Source: Gammaproteobacteria bacterium
GTDB lineage: Bacteria; Pseudomonadota; Gammaproteobacteria; Burkholderiales; JAHFRG01
NCBI GenBank assembly: GCA_041495205.1
Contig: JBGQCF010000001.1
Coordinates: 64,429 to 128,428 of the forward strand
Length of the DNA: 64,000 bases
Reading direction: 5' to 3'
Both the position numbers and the translations under genes were made by a program. The notes beneath the pieces were generated by a model that worked only from the letters and a program-made list of their open reading frames with translations, ran no database searches and had not been told where the DNA came from. Shown in pieces: positions 27,031 to 36,055 of the stretch (the stretch's first letter is position 1; each line of letters starts with the position of its first letter).

Positions 27031-28134
27031 TCAATTACTCGTTGGCAGATTTGTCCGATAGAGACGGGCCAGATCATTATCCAGCTGACCCAGTCGTGCA
27101 CTATCACCTGCAGTAGAAACGTTTACCCAGCTCTGAGTCTCATCGGCCAGGTAAAAGGAATTCAAGAGCTGAATCGTCGAGAGAGTGTCTTCATAGTTCA
27201 CAGGAAACGGCTTATCTTTTTCAAAGAACGCAAGAATCTCTTCGTATATCTTTACGTGACCATGACCATAGACATTTCCGGAGAAATCTTCTGAGTTCTT
27301 AGCGCAAGCCGCTGGATCCGGCGTATAGACCTGCAGTTCATTTACGGCAATTCCACCAATTTGTGCCAGACCGTTTTCGCAGACCAAAGAAAGACTCGCC
27401 TCATAATCAATAGGACGCGCGGCAGTGGTGACCTCAAGCGCGCCTATTGCCCCATTTTCAAACGCAATAGCGGCGGTAGCCGTATCCTCGACCTCGATAT
27501 CCACACCCAAAGTTCTGTGGATGCTGCAAACACGGCTAACGTCACCGCCCATGAGTTTGAGCAAGTCGATATGGTGAATACCCTGATTGGTCAGGCATCC
27601 GCCATCCATGGAAAATGTCCCGCGCCAAGGGGCCAGGTCGTAATAGCGTTGGGGCCGGCACCACCGGACACGCACCGCAACCAAACGTAACTGACCAAGT
27701 TCACCGTGTGCTAAACCCTGCAACACACGCTTTACCGCCAAATTATGGCGATTTTGAAATACAGCAAATATTTGAACACCCGCCGCTGCTGCTTTCGCAT
27801 ACGCTTCCTTCACCTGCGAAGGCTTCATGAAGGTCGGTTTTTCGACGATAACGTTTTTTCGGTATCGAGAGATGATATCCAGCGCATGCTCGTAGTGCAT
27901 ACCCGACGGAGTAACAATTGCTACAGTATTTATTTGTGGATTCTCTAATAGCATCTGATGATAATTTTCATAAGCCTTTGCGCCGAACTGCTCATGATAG
28001 GCTTTTGCTTTTTCAGGGATAAGGTCGCATACGGCAGTGAGCTCAACTCCTTCGGTTTGGGCAATTGATCGGCAATGGTGTCCTGAAACGCGCCCGCATC
28101 CAATAATGGCGACCTTGACGGCATTGTTCTTCAT
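27031..28134 (-). CDS. Gfo/Idh/MocA-family NAD(P)-dependent oxidoreductase
   Basis: VKVAIIGCGRVSGHH N-terminal Rossmann motif, EKP motif (VIVEKPT), and a C-terminal alpha/beta domain. Confidence 0.8.
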   Translation of the reverse strand: MKNNAVKVAIIGCGRVSGHHCRSIAQTEGVELTAVCDLIPEKAKAYHEQFGAKAYENYHQMLLENPQINTVAIVTPSGMHYEHALDIISRYRKNVIVEKPTFMKPSQVKEAYAKAAAAGVQIFAVFQNRHNLAVKRVLQGLAHGELGQLRLVAVRVRWCRPQRYYDLAPWRGTFSMDGGCLTNQGIHHIDLLKLMGGDVSRVCSIHRTLGVDIEVEDTATAAIAFENGAIGALEVTTAARPIDYEASLSLVCENGLAQIGGIAVNELQVYTPDPAACAKNSEDFSGNVYGHGHVKIYEEILAFFEKDKPFPVNYEDTLSTIQLLNSFYLADETQSWVNVSTAGDSARLGQLDNDLARLYRTNLPTSN

Positions 28135-29219
28135 GATTTGCGTCCCACGGCCCGTTTTATGAGATCAACCACCTGGGCCATGATCGCACGGGGCGCGACA
28201 GTGAATCTGCTGTAGCCCGCAAGGCAAGGGTGATCAAATGATGCTCGGTAATATACTTTGCTTGAGAGGACGGAGTGTATGGCCTGACTCTGCCCGCCAA
28301 AAGCAACATGCAAGAAGTTACCCGATGTTGGCAAAACCCTGAGACCCAAAGAGCGCATTTCCTCAACAAAAAAGGCCTTCCCTTCGTTGATTCTGACCAC
28401 TGCCTGCGCCATTTCGGATGTCTTATCCAGCATCCTGGACATGAACTCCACAGCAATCGTACTCACCTCGTACATTGGCCGCATTTTGTGCAGAAGAGCA
28501 ATCGTTTCCGGGTGAGCCACGGCGTATCCGATACGAAGACCGGCGGCACCCCACGCCTTGGCAAATGTTCTCGCTACAATCAGATTGCGGGAAGTCGTCC
28601 AGGATACTGCCGACCATTCGTAAAATGGATGATAGGCCTCATCCAGCAGCAAGACCGCCTCTACTGCCTCGCATTCCGCAAGAATCTTGCGCAGCACATC
28701 TGGCGCAAGGACTGTGCCGGTGGGACTGTCCGGGTTAGGCAGGCATAACAGCTTCGGTTTGCGTTTGCGCAGAGCACTAATAATGGCGGCTGGATCCAGG
28801 CGTGGGCCGGCTTCTGTGCCTTCATATTCAATCGGGCATACCTCTGCTCCGAACATCTGGCTATAAACTGGATACATCGCAAACGTCGGGACGGTATGGA
28901 TTACGCCGTCCCCATCCTCGACAAATGCCTCGAACGCGGAGCGAATCGCCCCATCGCTTCCCGGCGTCAAAAGTAAACATTCCGGGCTCACCCCGACCCA
29001 GTGCGCAAGCTTCCGATAGGTTTCTCCCGCTTCCGGATAACTGGCCAATGCCAAAGGCGGAATTTGCTGGAGCACTTCACCCGATAGCGCCATTAGGACA
29101 GGATCCAGATTCTCGTTCTTATCAAGCCACAAACGGTCCAAATTTCTGGGAATTGAATTCAGAGCGCTGGGTCGCAGCAGCTGTGGATTCAAAAGAGATC
29201 GTCTGGGACGTATGCTCAT
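28131..29219 (-). CDS. Class I/II PLP aminotransferase, histidinol-phosphate aminotransferase (HisC)-like
   Basis: LDKNENLDP, PNPDSPTG, LDEAY and RTFAKAWGAAGLRIGY (PLP-lysine block) are HisC-family signatures. Confidence 0.8.
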   Translation of the reverse strand: MSIRPRRSLLNPQLLRPSALNSIPRNLDRLWLDKNENLDPVLMALSGEVLQQIPPLALASYPEAGETYRKLAHWVGVSPECLLLTPGSDGAIRSAFEAFVEDGDGVIHTVPTFAMYPVYSQMFGAEVCPIEYEGTEAGPRLDPAAIISALRKRKPKLLCLPNPDSPTGTVLAPDVLRKILAECEAVEAVLLLDEAYHPFYEWSAVSWTTSRNLIVARTFAKAWGAAGLRIGYAVAHPETIALLHKMRPMYEVSTIAVEFMSRMLDKTSEMAQAVVRINEGKAFFVEEMRSLGLRVLPTSGNFLHVAFGGQSQAIHSVLSSKVYYRASFDHPCLAGYSRFTVAPRAIMAQVVDLIKRAVGRKS

Positions 29220-30181
29220 TGAATTGTTGCTTCATTAACATTAGGGAGAGTTGGGATATCGTTTTCGTCCAACCCATTGATTGCGGCGCGCCCCATGGCC
29301 AGAATCGCCTCCTCGGCGCTGCCGCCAATGTGCGGTGTAACGAGGAAGTTGGGAAGCGCCAGCAGTTCTTTATCCTGGGGCGGCTCTACTGCGAACACAT
29401 CGAAGGCTGCGGCCGCCAGGCGCTTGTCCTGCAGCATCTGCTTCAAGGCCACCTCGTCGACCAATCCTCCCCGGGCGGTGTTGATTAGCACGGCAGTCGG
29501 CTTCATTATGCCAAGCCTGCGGGCATCAAGCATGCCACGGGTGCTGTCATCCAAAGGCACGTGCAGGGTAACGATGTCGGATCGCGCCAAGAGAGTCTCG
29601 AGGCTTACCAGTTCGACACCATGGGCCGCGTAGAAATCGGGATAATCCCGAATGTCGTTCACCAAAATTGGACAATCGAAGGCCTGCAACAGAGGCACTA
29701 AGTCCTTGCCAATATGGCCGCAGCCAATGATGCCAACGGTTCGTCCAGTCAAATGACCTCCGACATGTTGCCGCCATGTACCCGATAAGATTTCACGATA
29801 GGCTGCCGGCACGTGGCGCAGCATGGCGATCGCGAACGAGATGACCAGTTCCGATACCGAGCGGCGGTTAACCCCGCTGGTCCAGCCCAAGCGTTTGCCA
29901 TAGGCACGCATGGCGGCCATGTCAATCATGTCCAGCCCAACGCCATATTTGCTGATGACTTTGAGCCCGGGCAGTCGGGACAATACCGACTCGTCAATTG
30001 TTTCAAGGGCGGTGATCGCCTTGTCATGCCCTCTCAGAAACTCGACCAGGCTGTCCCCCTTTAACTGGAGGCCCGCGTCGTTGAAGGTGACCTGCTGATA
30101 ACGCGCCAGCAATTCGGCGCGCAGAATGGGGTTCCTGGAAAAGGAGCGGGAGCAGACCGCGACTTTGACTGTAGGACTCAT
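29216..30181 (-). CDS. D-isomer-specific 2-hydroxyacid dehydrogenase (PGDH-like)
   Basis: GIIGCGHIGKDL NAD motif, NTARGGLVDE, and PHIGGSAEEA (catalytic His region). Confidence 0.8.
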   Translation of the reverse strand: MSPTVKVAVCSRSFSRNPILRAELLARYQQVTFNDAGLQLKGDSLVEFLRGHDKAITALETIDESVLSRLPGLKVISKYGVGLDMIDMAAMRAYGKRLGWTSGVNRRSVSELVISFAIAMLRHVPAAYREILSGTWRQHVGGHLTGRTVGIIGCGHIGKDLVPLLQAFDCPILVNDIRDYPDFYAAHGVELVSLETLLARSDIVTLHVPLDDSTRGMLDARRLGIMKPTAVLINTARGGLVDEVALKQMLQDKRLAAAAFDVFAVEPPQDKELLALPNFLVTPHIGGSAEEAILAMGRAAINGLDENDIPTLPNVNEATIQ

Positions 30182-31263
30182 CCATTAAGCTCCGCGAGAA
30201 ACTTTTCGCACTGAGAACGAAAGGTTTTGTCGGGTGGGACCTGTACTTGCTGGATTGCCGCGTCGGCGCCCACCGGGAAAATCAGACAAAGCATAGTGCT
30301 CGTATTCTTCTTGTCCTTCATAAGCGCGGAGAGCATTACATCGACTGGAATCGGAGTTGCCGCATATTTTTCATAATTCTTGCGCAGAATTGGATGCATC
30401 CGATGGTAATGCTCCACTGGCAACAGCCCACGCTTTACAGCAATGTAATTGGCCATATCCATGCCAATCGTGACAGCAATGCCATGCGGCACCGCGTAAT
30501 GAGTCGCTGACTCGATGGCGTGACCAAAGCTGTGGCCGTAATTGAAGATGTTGCGAATCCCGCGGTCGAACTCATCCTTCTCAATGAAAGGCTGCTTTAT
30601 GAGTAATGCCGCCCGGATATACCGCAGGAGCACATCTCGAGTTGAAAACAACTGATCGAAATCAGCCGCCAACCGATCAAACGCAGCTATCCCGTCTATC
30701 GCATGCACCTTGATGATTTCCCCAACACCAGAATGAATGTCCTTGTCTTCAAGAGTTTCAAGAAATCCTGTATGGATGAATATGGTCTGAGGGGGATTGA
30801 AGGTACCGAGAATATTTTTGGTAGGACCAAGGTTAATGGAGCTTTTTGAACCAATGCACGAATCTGCCTGGGCCAGCAGCGTCGTCGGTACAAAGCGCCA
30901 GGGAAGGCCTCGCAGTAGCGTGCTTGCAATGAAACAGGTGATGTCCTGAACAATGCCGCCACCGACCGCAACAAGCGTGTGATCACGCCGCACCTTATTC
31001 AGCACCAGGCGCTCCAAAACGGGTATCGTCTTTTCTATCGATTTATTCTCCTCGATTGCCTCAATAACAATGGTGTTGGGATGATCAAGAATGGCACGGA
31101 GATCAGATTCATATAGTCGCGCCACATTGGCATCAATCAGGAAATGAGGCTCACCCTCGAACAGTCGAGCGGGATCAGACAATAGTGTGTTGTCAAAAAC
31201 TACTGAATATGGCCCTCTGTGAGATTGAATCACCAACTGCTCAGACACGACTAAAGCCCCCAT
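30178..31263 (-). CDS. 3-dehydroquinate-synthase-family enzyme (sugar-phosphate cyclase / group III ADH superfamily)
   Basis: GGGIVQDITCFIASTLLRGLPWRFVPTTLLAQADSCIGSKSSINL, GHSFGHAIES and HGIAVTIGM parallel the DHQS blocks GGGVxGDxxGFxAAxxxRGxxxxQxPTTLLAQVDSSVGGK, GHTFGHAIE and HGEAVAxGM. Confidence 0.75.
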   Translation of the reverse strand: MGALVVSEQLVIQSHRGPYSVVFDNTLLSDPARLFEGEPHFLIDANVARLYESDLRAILDHPNTIVIEAIEENKSIEKTIPVLERLVLNKVRRDHTLVAVGGGIVQDITCFIASTLLRGLPWRFVPTTLLAQADSCIGSKSSINLGPTKNILGTFNPPQTIFIHTGFLETLEDKDIHSGVGEIIKVHAIDGIAAFDRLAADFDQLFSTRDVLLRYIRAALLIKQPFIEKDEFDRGIRNIFNYGHSFGHAIESATHYAVPHGIAVTIGMDMANYIAVKRGLLPVEHYHRMHPILRKNYEKYAATPIPVDVMLSALMKDKKNTSTMLCLIFPVGADAAIQQVQVPPDKTFRSQCEKFLAELNG

Positions 31264-31957
31264 CTATGGCGATGTTCTGGCCGGCGAGGTAAGTGTTTTC
31301 TTCGCTGGCAAGCCATAGGACCAAGCGAGCAATTTCGTCGGCCTGTCCGAGCCGACGTGCCGGCACTCTGGAAACAAGGGACTGTATCCCTGCTTCGCCA
31401 AGCACACGGCGGGTCAATTCAGTATCAATAATGCCGGGCGCTATGCTGTTTGCGATGATGCCATCGGCTGAATGTTCAGCAGCCAAAGCCAGCGTCATAC
31501 CGTCTATTGCAAATTTGCTGGTGGAATAGGACGCCCGGTATTCCTTGCTGATCTTGCCCCAGATGGATGACACATTAACTATGCGGCCCCATCCTTTGCT
31601 TTTCATTGCCGGTATTGCCGCTTGGCAAAGCAAAAAAGGCGCAAAGACATTCACCTGCTGAATAGACAGAAAATCATCCGGCGCAATCTCCACAAATGGC
31701 GCGATCTTGTTGATGCCAACATTATTTACCAGCACGTCGGGTGCGGCACGGCGCACGCACTCGGCGCAGGCCCTGATTTGTTCAACGTCCGAAAAGTCCG
31801 CGGCGACCCACTCCTGGCACGCATCATCCGTTTCGTTAATCTTGCGGGTGCGCGTGCCTATCACCCATGCGCCTTCGGCCCGAAACGCTTGCGCAATCGC
31901 CCGCCCTATCCCCCGGGAGGCGCCAGTGACAAATACTTTTTTATCCGAAAAACGCAT
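31241..31957 (-). CDS. Short-chain dehydrogenase/reductase (FabG-like)
   Basis: VFVTGASRGIGRAIA and YSTSKFAIDGM (YxxxK). Confidence 0.8.
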   Translation of the reverse strand: MRFSDKKVFVTGASRGIGRAIAQAFRAEGAWVIGTRTRKINETDDACQEWVAADFSDVEQIRACAECVRRAAPDVLVNNVGINKIAPFVEIAPDDFLSIQQVNVFAPFLLCQAAIPAMKSKGWGRIVNVSSIWGKISKEYRASYSTSKFAIDGMTLALAAEHSADGIIANSIAPGIIDTELTRRVLGEAGIQSLVSRVPARRLGQADEIARLVLWLASEENTYLAGQNIAIDGGFSRV

Positions 31958-31969
31958 ATTTTTATTTAC

Positions 31970-32596
31970 CTATACAGTCCGGATATACCGCAACAGGTAT
32001 GCTCCCACGAGATGGTCAATGACCATGTGGGCATCCTCTGCGGGGCCGTATTCCTTGAGTTCCGTTGGAATATGGATTCCCTCGTCGGCCAGAGTTTTCA
32101 TCTTGCCGCCATCGAAGGCGGTAATAGCCACGGTCTTGATGCCTGCCGAGCGGGCATGGTCAAAGGCCTTGAGCAGATTGGGCGAATTGCCGGAGGCTGA
32201 AATGCCGACCAGCACGTCCCCCTTCTTTCCCAGAATCCGCAGTTGTCTGACGAAAATTTCTTCGTAGCCAAAATCATTAGCCAATGCGGTAATGATTGGA
32301 ACGTTGTCGGTCAGGCTTATCGCGCGGAACGGTTTGTCATAGTGATTGGTGCCAATTGCAAGGTCATTGGCAAAGTGACTCGCGGTGGCGGCACTGCCGC
32401 CGTTACCGATAAAGAATACCGTGGCACCTCGTTCGCGCGCGTCCAGCAAAGTTTGAATAAAGCGCCCAACATCCGCCGTATCGACACGCTGAAGGACAGA
32501 TTGCAGATAGTTAAGGTAGGCGACGGCGAAAGCGACCGGATCAGTGGTGAAAAAACGATCAATGTTGTTCATGGCTGTATGGGTTTGGGATGTCAT
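31970..32596 (-). CDS. SIS-domain sugar-phosphate isomerase, GmhA-like
   Basis: The ORF-track start is 32695. I prefer Met-34 (32596) because the extension overlaps the upstream gene. FFIGNGGSAATASHFANDL and GISASGNSPNLL are GmhA/SIS blocks. Confidence 0.75.
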   Translation of the reverse strand: MTSQTHTAMNNIDRFFTTDPVAFAVAYLNYLQSVLQRVDTADVGRFIQTLLDARERGATVFFIGNGGSAATASHFANDLAIGTNHYDKPFRAISLTDNVPIITALANDFGYEEIFVRQLRILGKKGDVLVGISASGNSPNLLKAFDHARSAGIKTVAITAFDGGKMKTLADEGIHIPTELKEYGPAEDAHMVIDHLVGAYLLRYIRTV

Positions 32597-33611
32597 AGGA
32601 TTGACGCCAAATAGGATCTGCGTAGTAGATTTTGAAAACGAGTTGCATGGTGCGCAAGGCATCTTCGGAGGTGCCGCTCTGCACCGGTCTGTCATTCAGG
32701 ATGCAGTCGGCGAACGCGGCAATTTCTGCGTCCCAGGAGAGATCTTTATTGTAGCGGGTAACCTGCTCCTGGGGATCGCCCTGGTCATTGTCGGGGTCCG
32801 CCTGCACTACGGTCAAAGTTTCGGCGCCGTAACTTTTGGTCCCCGACAGAATCCCGCCGAGGATGAGACTGCCTCGCTCGAGGTTGATATCGAGATGAAA
32901 GCGGTGCCGCCATTGGGTGGCCGAGGAATTGAGCATGCCGACAACGCCTTCGGCCGTCCGCATCAGGGCATAGGCATTGTCTTCCACATCATAGCCCCAG
33001 TGGCTGTTAGAGATGAAGCTCTGAACCTCGTTGAACTCACCTCCGAACAGGCGCATGAGGTCAACCATGTGTATGCCCTGATCAAGCAGCACCCCGCCCC
33101 CGGCAATCTCGCGTTTAGTGCGCCAGTCCCGCTGGTCGAAAGTAATCAGCTTCGCCTTGCCATAGACGCCACGCATATTGATGACTCGACCGAGCTCGCC
33201 GGAGCGCAGGATTCTGAGGGCATCCTGCACGGACTCGTGGTAGCGATGATTGAAGCCATACATGAGCTTGAGGGCGGGATACCGGCGCTCGTGGGCGATG
33301 ACCCGCAGGACGTCTTCGACATTGCGCCCCGGCGGCTTCTCACAAAAAACATGCAATCCGGATTCGAGGCCGGCAATCGTAACTTCCGCGGCAATATCGT
33401 TGGTCATGCAGACTATCAGAATGTCCAGGTCTTCCGTCAGCAAGCGTCGGTAAGCCCTGTAATAGCGAATGCCATCGGCGAGCGTGCCCTCGCCATCAAA
33501 GGTTTGGTCGCACACCGCCACCACGCGCAGACGCGGATCTCGAACGATGCAGTCCTTCCGGCGCTTGCCAACCACGCCGAACCCGGCTATGCCGACTTTT
33601 AGTTGAGTCAT
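32559..33611 (-). CDS. Gfo/Idh/MocA-family oxidoreductase
   Basis: LKVGIAGFGVVGKRR Rossmann motif and VFCEKPP motif. The 352-aa + ORF 32544..33602 is its antisense shadow. Confidence 0.8.
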   Translation of the reverse strand: MTQLKVGIAGFGVVGKRRKDCIVRDPRLRVVAVCDQTFDGEGTLADGIRYYRAYRRLLTEDLDILIVCMTNDIAAEVTIAGLESGLHVFCEKPPGRNVEDVLRVIAHERRYPALKLMYGFNHRYHESVQDALRILRSGELGRVINMRGVYGKAKLITFDQRDWRTKREIAGGGVLLDQGIHMVDLMRLFGGEFNEVQSFISNSHWGYDVEDNAYALMRTAEGVVGMLNSSATQWRHRFHLDINLERGSLILGGILSGTKSYGAETLTVVQADPDNDQGDPQEQVTRYNKDLSWDAEIAAFADCILNDRPVQSGTSEDALRTMQLVFKIYYADPIWRQSYDIPNPYSHEQH

Positions 33612-33691
33612 TGTGCCTCGATTTCCTCTCCGGCTAGTACGATAGTCTGTCCGGGTTTTCTGGGCTGAGCCGGTGGCAGGCAGACTAACAC

Positions 33692-34537
33692 TTACTTAAC
33701 CCAGATCTGATTGAAAGTATGCTTGGCCGAGCCCGTATCAGAATCGAAATAATCCGCATGCGTTTTTTTCTTAAGAGTAAAGCCCGTTTCCTTCAGATAC
33801 ATGCTCGCATTGTCGGCCTGAGCGGTGAATTTATCGTTTATTTCAATCAGAATACCTTTTACCTTGAGCAGGATAGGTTTCCCGCCTTTGAGAATCAAAT
33901 GCTCGATGCCATCGACATCCATCTTTATATAGTCAGGCTGGGGAATCTTCAAACGCTCGACTGCGTCGCACATGGAAAGGCCGATGGTTGGAAACTCGAA
34001 GACTTTACGCATGACTTCACCATCATGGCCATATGACTGACCAAAAGTGGACAGCGCGCCACCCCACTCGGTGTTCGTCATGTTGAGCTTGCTGGCAGCC
34101 AATGTCTCAGCAAGTGGTAGCGGAACGATGGTGATTTGCTCCGTAAGGTCATTGAGAAAGATATTGCGGGCCAGCAGCTCCAGATTGAAGACCGACGGTT
34201 CAAAGGCAAACACCTTGCACCCTCTCTGCTTGGCTGCGTAGCAAGAATAAAGACCAACGTTCGCCCCGATATCCCACACAACCGAGCTATTGGGTATGCT
34301 ATCGATCCATTCGAGGGTCTCTGGTTCCTTTGTAGAAAAAGTGTCGGCACGGTATCTGTTGAGCGCATTGGGGATGGCAAAGCTCAGGTTCAAACCCAGG
34401 TGATTCACCTTTTGTGTTCGGTTCATCGCATTACTGATGATCTGCGCGTAAACATAGCGCCCAACGAAATTTTTTTCCAGAAGGGCAACCGCCCAATTGA
34501 TTAGCCGCTTGAGACCCGATTTGATAATTTGTTTCAA
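33692..34537 (-). CDS. FkbM-family methyltransferase
   Basis: VWDIGANVGLYSCYAA, FAFEPSVFN and IKMDVDGIEHLILKG are FkbM-family blocks. The ORF begins with TTG in the track. Confidence 0.8.
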   Translation of the reverse strand: MKQIIKSGLKRLINWAVALLEKNFVGRYVYAQIISNAMNRTQKVNHLGLNLSFAIPNALNRYRADTFSTKEPETLEWIDSIPNSSVVWDIGANVGLYSCYAAKQRGCKVFAFEPSVFNLELLARNIFLNDLTEQITIVPLPLAETLAASKLNMTNTEWGGALSTFGQSYGHDGEVMRKVFEFPTIGLSMCDAVERLKIPQPDYIKMDVDGIEHLILKGGKPILLKVKGILIEINDKFTAQADNASMYLKETGFTLKKKTHADYFDSDTGSAKHTFNQIWVK

Positions 34538-34851
34538 TTTATAACACCTATTTTGGTAACGTTTCGCCGTAATTTCCTAATGCGTTAAGGCCTCCTTAGA
34601 AAAAACGCTGCTTAACGCGGAAACTGCGGCATTGAGAAGGGCCTCCGGGCTATTAGCAAAATTTATTAATGACGGCGAATCGCCAAAGTCATCTCGGACT
34701 ATTCTGCCTGGGCCGACTGTCCCGGGTGGGACAACGCCAGATAGAAAACGCGATAACCCAATTTCCTTAATATCCGGGCGACAAAATCGAGATGCGAGGG
34801 CAGCGCTGCAAATATGATATCCGCTTTCTCGTGACCCATACCTGGCATGGA

Positions 34852-35769
34852 TTACGCTTCTATTGCTTTGAAGAGTACGGCGCGGAAATCCTGGCAGGAC
34901 AGGATACAGGTCTCACCGGCTGATTGATGTTTCGCGAAATACGCGGCAATGTTTTCGCGGATGGTGGCGCGCGTGAGATGCTCGATTTCCACCTGAAATG
35001 CCCTGCCCAAAGACATCGTGTCGATGACGATCACGCTTTTCTTCGCAATCCGCACGAATTCGTCGACGATTCTTTGATGGCTCGACTGGGTCTGCAGTAT
35101 GGTCGGTTCGAGCAGGGTGGAGAAAACGTGGCAGATAAGAACATGATCCACACTTTTATCGGTGAAAGATCCCAGAAACTCGAAATCGAGGATGCTGCCT
35201 TGACTTAGAGTCCGGTTGACGCTCCCGTCCACGCCAGCTTTGGCCACCCGGAGGCAGCGCTCGTCGATGTCGAAGCCTGTGTACGGCGAACGGGGATACC
35301 TGCTCAAAATGAATTTCAGGTTTTGTCCTTTGCCGCAGCCTGCGTCCAGAAAGCTTTCGCCGTCCTTGTAGCCGATCGTCGCCGGATAGCTATCCAGAAA
35401 CAACTGCAATCTGCTGTCCAAACCGGCGAACTGATTCATGCACTCCTGCTTTGAAAGCTTATCCAGATTCAGATAGCCTCTGCCGCCCTTCGCGTAATGC
35501 ACGAGATTTTGCGTTTTGTATACCTGCAGGGTGTATTCGGTGCGCGCTTCCTTCCAGATGGCGCGAATGGCGCGCCAAAACGACGCCTGCAACGCGAACA
35601 GCGTCCCGAGGGCAGATGGTCGCCCGAGAACTGGATTTTCGACGGACCGCAGAAATTGCTGATCGCTTATCCAGATTTCGAAGTGAACCGGCAAACGGAC
35701 GAGCACCTGAAACAGCGGCTTCAGTTTGCTTGAATACTGATCACGAAGGAGCTGCAGTCGCTTTTTCAT
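34852..35769 (-). CDS. Class I SAM-dependent methyltransferase
   Basis: FLDAGCGKGQNLKFIL motif I, GFDIDERCL, and VDHVLICHVF. Confidence 0.7.
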   Translation of the reverse strand: MKKRLQLLRDQYSSKLKPLFQVLVRLPVHFEIWISDQQFLRSVENPVLGRPSALGTLFALQASFWRAIRAIWKEARTEYTLQVYKTQNLVHYAKGGRGYLNLDKLSKQECMNQFAGLDSRLQLFLDSYPATIGYKDGESFLDAGCGKGQNLKFILSRYPRSPYTGFDIDERCLRVAKAGVDGSVNRTLSQGSILDFEFLGSFTDKSVDHVLICHVFSTLLEPTILQTQSSHQRIVDEFVRIAKKSVIVIDTMSLGRAFQVEIEHLTRATIRENIAAYFAKHQSAGETCILSCQDFRAVLFKAIEA

Positions 35770-35800
35770 TGTGACTATGCGATGGGAAGCGGCGACAATG

Positions 35801-36055
35801 TCACCCCACCAATCCCCACCCCATCGGTGTTCCCTTTTTCACATCCCGATTCACCCGGCGGCCGAGGAGCATGTCGTAATATTTTGGCGCCAGTCCCATG
35901 CCCTGGCGGCGCTCAGGCAGCAGGCGACATGTGGCCGACCACAGGGAGACCGTCGCGCTTCGCATACCGCCTCGAAGAGCGCGTAGCCGAAAGATCTGTT
36001 GATTAGAAAGGACCCGGCGCAGTACGGCTTTCATTTTTCCACCGATTCCAGCCAT
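35801..36055 (-). pseudogene. 3' remnant (SAF-domain end) of a second NeuB-family ulosonic-acid synthase gene
   Basis: C-terminal GMGLAPKYYDMLLGRRVNRDVKKGTPMGWGLVG is identical at 28/33 positions to the C-terminus of the intact synthase at 38342..39385 (GMGLPPKYYEMLLGRRVNQDVKKGTPMRWELVG). Nucleotide similarity over 35801-35905 vs 38342-38446 is about three quarters by eye, and nothing upstream resembles the TIM-barrel part. Confidence 0.6.

Noticed and set aside
27472-27479. GGCGGTAG, the ops/JUMPStart core used by RfaH at polysaccharide operons.
   Set aside because: It lies on the plus strand inside a minus-strand CDS, the wrong orientation for this locus. I did not find the reverse complement (ctaccgcc) in the larger intergenic regions, though my manual scan was not exhaustive.
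32544-33602. A 352-aa + strand ORF almost exactly coextensive with the 350-aa minus-strand gene. Similar long + ORFs lie at 45400..46530 (376 aa), 44437..45369 (310 aa), 42719..43549 (276 aa), 16998..17750 (250 aa) and 43631..44305.
   Set aside because: The minus-strand partners carry clear family motifs (Gfo/Idh/MocA, class-III aminotransferase, PseG, 2-epimerase). The + translations are low-complexity, Arg/Ala/Gly-rich sequences typical of antisense shadow ORFs in GC-rich genes, with no recognisable motifs or RBS context.
34699-34839. A 46-codon minus-strand ORF (MGHEKADIIFAALPSHLDFVARILRKLGYRVFYLALSHPGQSAQAE*) starting 12 nt after the stop of 34852..35769.
   Set aside because: It is below the ORF-track threshold and has no convincing SD. 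It might be the N-terminal stub of a lost gene or a genuine small protein, but the evidence is insufficient either way.
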